From: a virus
Lineage: Duplodnaviria > Caudoviricetes
Length of the DNA: 39,561 nucleotides
Direction: 5' to 3' (one strand)
IMG/VR virus record: IMGVR_UViG_3300030106_004706
Location: 1-39,561 of that record
Part shown: positions 32,974 through 39,561 of the stretch, piece by piece
Layout of the letters: each line of letters starts with the position of its first letter
Position numbering within the stretch: position 1 is the stretch's first letter
Translations under genes and position numbers: made by a program
The notes under the pieces: model-generated
Told to the model about the DNA's origin: nothing
What the model saw: the letters and a program-made list of their open reading frames with translations, nothing else
Databases searched by the model: none

Positions 32974-34350
32974 TCAGAATTTGAATCCATTGAATGATTT
33001 TTTAGGTTTGTCCTCCTCAGGAGTATACTCCTCTTCTTGCCCAGAGTCAAGTATGTTCTCTTGTGCTGTTTGCTCACAGTCATACAAACGCATTTTGGCA
33101 CGGTCAATGCCAACAATGAACCTCTTATAGATAGTCGGATCATTGTATCGGTTTTTCAACTGCTTTACCATTATCTGACCAAGTTGTTCAAGTTCCTCAG
33201 TACTAATAAGGGCAAACATAAGATCAGCAGTAGCAGGGAGACCAAAGGACTCACTAGTGTCAGTAATGTCAACGTCAGAGCTACCATAACCAGAACGAGT
33301 GGTCTGGGTGGCAGATACGATAGGGACCTCGGCTTCAACAGCCAACCCTCTAAGCTCCTCTGCAATAGCCTTAATATAGCTATATGAATTGACAGAAACC
33401 CCTGACTTATATCTACTGGAAGCACATATATTAAGGTAATCAATGAAAATAATATCAGGTCTAAATGACTTCTTAAGTGCAAGTTCATTAAGAAGTGCTT
33501 TAAAGTGTCCACTGTGTGCACTCGCAGTAGGGTACTCTTTAATAATTAGCGTACCCTGCGTCTTCTTAGCAAGATTGGTCACTTTGTTTTCAAACATTGA
33601 CTTTGGTAAGTCAGTCAAGTCTTGAATAGGAACGTTCAGGAGGTTTGCGTCAATTCGCTCAGCAATCTTCTCTTCTGCCATCTCCATTGTAATATAGAGA
33701 ACGTTCCGTCCTTGGAGCAGCACGGAGCTAGCGACGTGGCACATGAATAGAGACTTGCCGACGCCTGTACCAGCAAGCGCGATGTTAAGAGTCTTGTTAG
33801 GTAGACCACCTTTCGTGACTTTGTTAAAGTATTCGAGATCAAACGGGATCTTGTCCTCTTTCTTGTGATAGAACTCATATCTTTCTTCGTAGTTTTGTAA
33901 GTAGTCATGTCCAATATTGTTGTCAAATGAAACTGCCAGTGCATCAGAAAGGATGCTAGGAATAGCATCCCGAGTCTTCTTATCATCTTGCCCATCAGCA
34001 ATTCCAATTGATTCCATCAAAGCAAGATAAATGGCACGGTCACGACACCACTTTTCAGTGGTATCTAGCAACCATTGATGGTCAACTGGAGCATCAGTCA
34101 ATTCTGAAGTTAAGTTTCTAGTTTCTCGAACTTCTCCTTCATTAAGATCTGTGCGATTTTCAATCTCAATACACAGTGCCTCTACTGAAATAGCAGAACC
34201 ATAGTTCACAATGAACGAGGATATTTCTTCAAAGATAACCTTATCAGAGCGTTGCTCAAAGTAATCAGGTTGAATAAAAGGAATTACTTTACGAGAGTAC
34301 TCTTCGTTGAAAACAAGGTTCCTAAGAATAGTTGTCTCAATTCGCTCCAT
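32974..34350 (-). CDS. gp41: Replicative DNA helicase (T4 gp41)
   Basis: Walker A AGTGVGKS, IFIDYLNI, ATQTTR, SESFGLPATAD and QLKNRY. Confidence 0.96.
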   Translation of the reverse strand: MERIETTILRNLVFNEEYSRKVIPFIQPDYFEQRSDKVIFEEISSFIVNYGSAISVEALCIEIENRTDLNEGEVRETRNLTSELTDAPVDHQWLLDTTEKWCRDRAIYLALMESIGIADGQDDKKTRDAIPSILSDALAVSFDNNIGHDYLQNYEERYEFYHKKEDKIPFDLEYFNKVTKGGLPNKTLNIALAGTGVGKSLFMCHVASSVLLQGRNVLYITMEMAEEKIAERIDANLLNVPIQDLTDLPKSMFENKVTNLAKKTQGTLIIKEYPTASAHSGHFKALLNELALKKSFRPDIIFIDYLNICASSRYKSGVSVNSYSYIKAIAEELRGLAVEAEVPIVSATQTTRSGYGSSDVDITDTSESFGLPATADLMFALISTEELEQLGQIMVKQLKNRYNDPTIYKRFIVGIDRAKMRLYDCEQTAQENILDSGQEEEYTPEEDKPKKSFNGFKF

Positions 34351-35344
34351 AAGAATAAGTTTGTTTAGCAATGATGTCCAGTTTTTCCATCACCTCGGGG
34401 GTGAAGTATGTCTCAGGGTCCTTCAAGATTGCCTTGGCATAGACTTTCTTGCCGCCTATTTCATAACGACCTGCCACATTTTTCCAGAGACCACCCAGTT
34501 CTCCCAACTCAAGAAGACCATAATATCGATCAAGACCACGCTCATCATAATAAAGGCGCACCGTAACATCTTGATTCTCCTTGCTTAAACGCGACTTAGC
34601 AGTCTTTGCCTTGATAAGATTTCCAACGATTTCTGTTCCATCTTTCTCCTTTTTCTTTGAGAGATGGATGATTGTAGAGGCAGCGTATTTGAGTCCAGAA
34701 CCTCCACCCATTTCTTTGGTAGGAACGTAAGCACCGATGACATCGTAAGTGTGATTAGTAACGATCATAGGGATATTTGCTTGACCCAGTTTGAGTGTGA
34801 GCATTCTGAAGGCACCCTTGATCAGTTGGGATTTAGTCATGTCCCGAACTTGCTTGTCGTTGAGTGTGTCAGTAATCTCTTTCTCTGTGGAAAGCATCCC
34901 CAAAGAGTCTAGCACAAACATACAGGGTTTGCGTTCATCTGCCGGTTTCTTAAGGTAAATATCAACTGCTTTGAGTGCCTTGCTACGAAACTCCTCAACT
35001 GTAACCACATTGATAACTACGGTGCGGTCAAGGTCTAACCCACGACTTGCGAGAAGAGACTTGTTAACAGCGGCTTCAGTGTCAAAATATAAGCAATACC
35101 CATCAGGATTAGAATCCAAGAAGTTCTTGACGACAGCAAGGGAGAAAAAAGTTTTTCCAGTACTAGACTCGCCAGCAATGGCAGTAATCTTATTCCCAGA
35201 TACACCACCAAATATAGACCCTGAAACAAGTCCGTTAAAAATGTACGAACCCGTGTCCACAAACTTTTCAGTATCGTCAATATCGGATGCGAGTTTTGTG
35301 TAGTCATCACCAATCTCTTTTACAATTTCTTTAAGAAAGTCCAT
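34337..35344 (-). CDS. uvsX: RecA-like recombinase UvsX
   Basis: AGESSTGKT, YFDTE, VLDSLG and MGGGSGLKYAAS. Confidence 0.95.
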   Translation of the reverse strand: MDFLKEIVKEIGDDYTKLASDIDDTEKFVDTGSYIFNGLVSGSIFGGVSGNKITAIAGESSTGKTFFSLAVVKNFLDSNPDGYCLYFDTEAAVNKSLLASRGLDLDRTVVINVVTVEEFRSKALKAVDIYLKKPADERKPCMFVLDSLGMLSTEKEITDTLNDKQVRDMTKSQLIKGAFRMLTLKLGQANIPMIVTNHTYDVIGAYVPTKEMGGGSGLKYAASTIIHLSKKKEKDGTEIVGNLIKAKTAKSRLSKENQDVTVRLYYDERGLDRYYGLLELGELGGLWKNVAGRYEIGGKKVYAKAILKDPETYFTPEVMEKLDIIAKQTYSYGAN

Positions 35345-37845
35345 TACGCAAAAAATAGTTCAAGGTTTACAGTTTTTTCAACGTTCCACCCGATAGCATC
35401 CAGAATGGATTTGAGTGGTTCCACAAAACTCTTTTCAAATTGTAGGTCATAGTCAATATACTTGTCAAGACCAAGTTCTGTAGGGAAATCCTGAATAAAC
35501 GAAATGACATTCTCTTGAATGATATTAGGTTTCTTCAGATAGAGAAACTTAATTTTCTCGCCGTTGTTAATAAGTGAGTATTTATTGGTGAGTTTTTTCT
35601 CCTTGATATAGTGATTAAAGAGGAGAGCACCACGGCAATGAATAGGAGTTCCCTTGGAATAGATGTCAGCATGAGACCTATACTTCACAACGTCAGACAC
35701 TGAGCGAGGGAAGGCAATCTCTTCAGGAGGAAGATTCTTAAAGTCAACACGGCACTTATCAATGAAGTCAATCACATCTTCTTCGGTTCCGTTCATCATC
35801 AGTTTAAGACCTTCCTTAATCATCGTCCGACATGGTGCCGGAGTAGAAGATTTAACTGCCTCAATACCCATCATCTTCAGTTTGGGTTCTTCATAACGGA
35901 CACCTTCACTGTCCCATACGTTGAGAATGTATCGCTTCTTCGCAGTCCAGATACCACGTTCAGCGATGTTCTCACGCTTCATAAACATTTTCTGATCGTA
36001 AGCGTTTACGTAATCCGCGAGTTCTTGGTAACAACGATCAATATACTTTTCAAGTTCCATCTCACACACCTTATTAAGGAACGTGACAACGCCTTCAGTA
36101 GTTTTCTCTCTTCCCTTGTATACACTTTCAACCAAAGGACCCATATTAAGATAAATGGAATCGGTATCAGAAGCAATAACATAATCTACGTCCTGAGTTT
36201 TCAATACCTTATTCAGGTATTTGTTCATTCGGTTCTCAATCCAGCGGATGGAGACTTGTCCAGATAGGGTGATTGCTTCGGCGTTGGCAAGTTTGTAGTA
36301 ACGAAAATATTGATTACCAATAGCGCCATAAGCACTATTAAGTTGAATCTTACGCGCCATTTGAATGTTGTTACATCTGGCAATTTCTTTTTCAAGTGCC
36401 TTAGTTGGAGTCTTTTCATAATCTTGCTTTGCTTGCAACATTTTCTTCTTGTAGATGGTACGATCTTTGTAGATCTTATCCATCAACTCTGGAAGGAACC
36501 CACGCTTATCCTTACGATACATTGAACCGTTGGCACAAACGGCAGTATCCTTATACAGTTCAAAGTTAATCTCTTCGTTCAGTATCTTATCGACGGTGAC
36601 CGAAGGGTGTCTAGTATCTTGTAAGGTCTCCGGTGAGATATTGTATTGCATAATAAGATGAGGGTAGAGACTATTAAGGTCAAAACTAACCACCCAATCA
36701 TACTTTCCCGGAATCGGTTCCTTGACATATGCACCTGCATATTTGGAATCTTTGTCTGAACGGACAATCGGAGGAATAACAATATTCCTCTTCTTCAGAT
36801 AGTTGTAGATAATTGTATCCCACATACGAACTTGTGAGAACACATCAGCATAGTTCGCTTTGGCGTCATACGCCATAACAATTGCCAGTTCAATCAGTTT
36901 CATCTTGTCTTCCAAACGGTCAACAAGTTCCACGTCAATGATGTTGTATTCTACAAACTTCTGCCATCCATTCGTATAGAAGTCCTTGAACGTATCAAAC
37001 TCGGAGTGATCCAGTTTCTTCTGTCCAAGTTCTACGCTAGCAATATAATCCAAACGATAGGATTCTTGCGCTTTGTAAGTAAACTTCTTATAAAGATTTA
37101 GGTAATCAAGTTGCGTGATACCCCCAACATCATAAGAAATGTGTTTACGCCCCATAATCATGGTCTCACGTTCTGTGACAAGACCCCATGGCGAAATACG
37201 CTTCATCAACTTTTCACCAAGGATCCTGTCAATACGTCGCACCAGGTACGGCATATCATACAGTTCACTGTTCCAACCAGTCAGAACTTCAGGAGTATTC
37301 TCCTCAATCATCCACCAGTTGATGAAGTCATTCAGGAGTTCATACTCAGTGGAGAAACCTTTATAGATGACGTTTTGCTGTTTGTTATTGAAAGGTCCTT
37401 GACCCCAGGTGCGAATCTGTTTGGTAGTATAGTCCTGCACTGTAATGAGCAAGACTTCCTCTGCAGCAGACTCAACGTCAGGGAATCCATTTTCAGACTT
37501 GACCTCAATATCAATCGTGGAGATTTTGATTTTAGTAGTATCAAACTTAATCTCTTCCTCAGGATACTTCTCAGAAATATACTGATAGATGTACCTATCG
37601 TTTCCGTAGATCTTGAAGTTTTCTACACCATCATATCGCTTGATAAACTCACGACAATCACGAACAGTTCCAGGTTCAACAGATTCAACATAATCACCTT
37701 CAAGAGTTTTGTACTTTGTTTTCTTGTTAGATGGGACAAAAAGAGTCGGGTAAAACTTCTCCCGAGTCATGAAATGATGACCATTTTCATAACCTCGGAC
37801 CAAGAAGTGATCCCCGACCATTTGGACGTTCGTGTAAAATCTCAT
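35344..37845 (-). CDS. gp43: Family B DNA polymerase (T4 gp43)
   Basis: Exo I DIE, SFDLNSLYPH, KIQLNSAYG and SDTDS. Confidence 0.97.
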   Translation of the reverse strand: MRFYTNVQMVGDHFLVRGYENGHHFMTREKFYPTLFVPSNKKTKYKTLEGDYVESVEPGTVRDCREFIKRYDGVENFKIYGNDRYIYQYISEKYPEEEIKFDTTKIKISTIDIEVKSENGFPDVESAAEEVLLITVQDYTTKQIRTWGQGPFNNKQQNVIYKGFSTEYELLNDFINWWMIEENTPEVLTGWNSELYDMPYLVRRIDRILGEKLMKRISPWGLVTERETMIMGRKHISYDVGGITQLDYLNLYKKFTYKAQESYRLDYIASVELGQKKLDHSEFDTFKDFYTNGWQKFVEYNIIDVELVDRLEDKMKLIELAIVMAYDAKANYADVFSQVRMWDTIIYNYLKKRNIVIPPIVRSDKDSKYAGAYVKEPIPGKYDWVVSFDLNSLYPHLIMQYNISPETLQDTRHPSVTVDKILNEEINFELYKDTAVCANGSMYRKDKRGFLPELMDKIYKDRTIYKKKMLQAKQDYEKTPTKALEKEIARCNNIQMARKIQLNSAYGAIGNQYFRYYKLANAEAITLSGQVSIRWIENRMNKYLNKVLKTQDVDYVIASDTDSIYLNMGPLVESVYKGREKTTEGVVTFLNKVCEMELEKYIDRCYQELADYVNAYDQKMFMKRENIAERGIWTAKKRYILNVWDSEGVRYEEPKLKMMGIEAVKSSTPAPCRTMIKEGLKLMMNGTEEDVIDFIDKCRVDFKNLPPEEIAFPRSVSDVVKYRSHADIYSKGTPIHCRGALLFNHYIKEKKLTNKYSLINNGEKIKFLYLKKPNIIQENVISFIQDFPTELGLDKYIDYDLQFEKSFVEPLKSILDAIGWNVEKTVNLELFFA

Positions 37846-38096
37846 TCTGTAAGTTTCAGATACTCTTCAACAACTTCTGGAGTAGGGTCTGCGATAGTCA
37901 GAATGTCTTCTGACCGAATCATCAGTTCCCTTTGATTTGTTGCTTTTGGCCAGGGTTCATACTTACCTTCACCAAGAAAACGATATGGGTTGACCAGTCT
38001 GCAGTTTGGATCACCAAGTTCTGCGTCAACCTCAACAACCTCACTGATGAGAACATTATCTACATCAACGAGGAGACACTTAACTGCTTTACTCAT
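37842..38096 (-). CDS. Small conserved cyanophage protein (possibly Sm-like fold)
   Basis: MSKAVKCLL...CRLVNPY...PWP...ILTIADP. Confidence 0.7.
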   Translation of the reverse strand: MSKAVKCLLVDVDNVLISEVVEVDAELGDPNCRLVNPYRFLGEGKYEPWPKATNQRELMIRSEDILTIADPTPEVVEEYLKLTE

Positions 38097-38391
38097 TAAC
38101 TTTTTCCTGATACATTTCAGATACAGACGACAAGGGTTCCACAATCGTTACAACCCAATCTTTGGGAACAACGATGTCATCATCAGAAGACAACAAGATC
38201 CAAGGAGAAAATACAATCTCAACGTTGTCATCAGGTGCTTCATTCTCTTCAGTCAAGAAGAGTGATTTTTGTGTGGTAACCTTGTGCGGTTTATTTAGAA
38301 GGTATCCGTGAACAACCTCATCCTGTACAAGTTCTTTGGCATCAGAGATGAGTTGCTCGCCAGACTTCAATAGGACTAATTTAACGGACAT
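38089..38391 (-). CDS. Small conserved cyanophage protein, paralog of the downstream gene
   Basis: MSVKLVLLKSGEQLISD...LNKPH...SPW...VVTIVEP, with a GGAGG Shine-Dalgarno site. Confidence 0.75.
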   Translation of the reverse strand: MSVKLVLLKSGEQLISDAKELVQDEVVHGYLLNKPHKVTTQKSLFLTEENEAPDDNVEIVFSPWILLSSDDDIVVPKDWVVTIVEPLSSVSEMYQEKVNE

Positions 38392-38412
38392 GTCAGAATA
38401 TCACCTCCCAGC

Positions 38413-38421
38413 ATTATAGCA
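38413..38421 (-). promoter_or_regulatory. Extended -10 promoter
   Basis: TGCTATAAT just after the ndhD stop. Confidence 0.55.
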
Positions 38422-38424
38422 TGG

Positions 38425-39561
38425 TTAGACGGTTGGTGGGGTAAAAGTCCGAACCAATTGTGGGCGAACTAATGCTGCCTTGTCGCGAGCAACCAACGCA
38501 TCAATTGAACTCTTATATGTATCCGTCATAATCCTGGGATACAATCCAATCACAATGATGGGAACCAGGAGAGCACTTACAATGTAAACCTCACGGGGTT
38601 CGGCATCCACCAGGTTAGTATGAGCGACCAGTTCTGCATTCGGTTTACCGTAAAAGATTTCCCGAAGCATTGAAAGCAAATAGATCGGAGTGAGGATAAC
38701 ACCAATAGCAGATACAAGACAAAGTGCAACACGGAATGGAAGAGCATACACAGTATCGGTAGCAAATCCAGCGAAGACCATCAGTTCGCTGATAAATCCA
38801 CTCATACCAGGCAGAGCAAGTGACGCCATGGAACACATCACCCAAAGAGCAAACATAACCTTCATACTCTTACCAACTCCACCCATCTCATCCAGTTGAA
38901 GGGTGTGAGTTCGGTCATATGTTGCTCCCACCAGGAAGAACAGAGAAGCACCAATTAATCCGTGACTGATCATCTGGAGCATCGCACCACTTGTTCCAAG
39001 AGCACTATAACTACCAACACCAATCAGTACAAATCCCATATGACTGATTGAACTGTAAGCAATCTTTCGTTTCAGATTTCTCTGTGCGAAAGATGTGAGT
39101 GCTGCGTAGATAATATTCACAGCACCCATAATAATCAGTGCTGGTGCGAATACTTTATGTGCTTCTGGAAGAAGTTGACAGTTAAATCGCAGAAGAGCAT
39201 ATCCACCCATCTTGAGTAGGATACCTGCCAGCAGCATATGAACTGGTGCTGTTGCCTCACCGTGGGCATCAGGTAACCAAGTGTGGAATGGAACAATCGG
39301 CAGTTTCACACCGAATGCAATCAGGAATGCACCATAACACCAGAGTTGGAAGTTGGGTGGGAAACCCTGTTCCATCAGATAGGTGTATTCAAAGTTAGGT
39401 GTTCCAGTCCAGAATCCCATCGCCAGTCCTGCAAGAAGGATGAACAAAGAACTACCAGCAGTATATAAAATAAACTTTGTAGAAGCATACTGGCGTTTCT
39501 TACCACCCCAGATAGAAATCATCAAATACACAGGAACAAGTTCAAGTTCCCAAGACAGGAA
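38425..39561 (-). CDS. ndhD: NAD(P)H-quinone oxidoreductase subunit 4 (NdhD1/D2 type), 5'-truncated by the window
   Basis: [64 protein letters not shown] and [10 protein letters not shown]. The frame is open to the window end. Confidence 0.93.
   Translation of the reverse strand, partial: FLSWELELVPVYLMISIWGGKKRQYASTKFILYTAGSSLFILLAGLAMGFWTGTPNFEYTYLMEQGFPPNFQLWCYGAFLIAFGVKLPIVPFHTWLPDAHGEATAPVHMLLAGILLKMGGYALLRFNCQLLPEAHKVFAPALIIMGAVNIIYAALTSFAQRNLKRKIAYSSISHMGFVLIGVGSYSALGTSGAMLQMISHGLIGASLFFLVGATYDRTHTLQLDEMGGVGKSMKVMFALWVMCSMASLALPGMSGFISELMVFAGFATDTVYALPFRVALCLVSAIGVILTPIYLLSMLREIFYGKPNAELVAHTNLVDAEPREVYIVSALLVPIIVIGLYPRIMTDTYKSSIDALVARDKAALVRPQLVRTFTPPTV

Noticed and set aside
22922-37845. 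Introns or inteins in nrdA, nrdB, gp41 or gp43
   Set aside because: The frames are continuous, lengths are normal and no intein splice motifs are visible.
37111-37935. 274-aa plus-strand ORF and similar antisense ORFs (299-814, 4843-5427, 10936-11313, 14930-15343)
   Set aside because: These are shadows of well-supported minus-strand genes.
1-39561. Cellular cyanobacterial chromosome origin
   Set aside because: The metabolic genes are embedded among T4 core genes, TATAAATA late promoters and dense small ORFs.

Overview
The window is a segment of a T4-like cyanomyovirus genome (Kyanoviridae-type, most likely infecting marine Synechococcus), with almost all genes on the minus strand. Reading in the transcription direction (right to left), it holds: a 5'-truncated host-derived ndhD; the T4 core replication block (gp43, uvsX, gp41, mazG, gp61, nrdA, nrdB, denA) interleaved with probable late virion or internal-head proteins; a block of membrane and exported proteins (SleB-like hydrolase, HExxH peptidase, SNase-like nuclease) facing a three-gene plus-strand cassette of exported proteins; six tRNA genes and a small outer-membrane barrel; a redox run (PTOX, gnd, zwf); and a glycan-synthesis operon (RfbB-like dehydratase, gmd, fcl, GT11, sulfotransferase-like, methyltransferase, GT6). 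Manual reading found features absent from the ORF track: an NdhP homolog and a 20-aa four-cysteine micropeptide between gnd and zwf, a D-armless tRNA-like mini-RNA ending in CCA upstream of tRNA-Gly, a pseudoknot RNA upstream of tRNA-Pro, and a tandem-pseudoknot RNA upstream of the sugar operon. All family assignments come from motif recognition; no searches were run.
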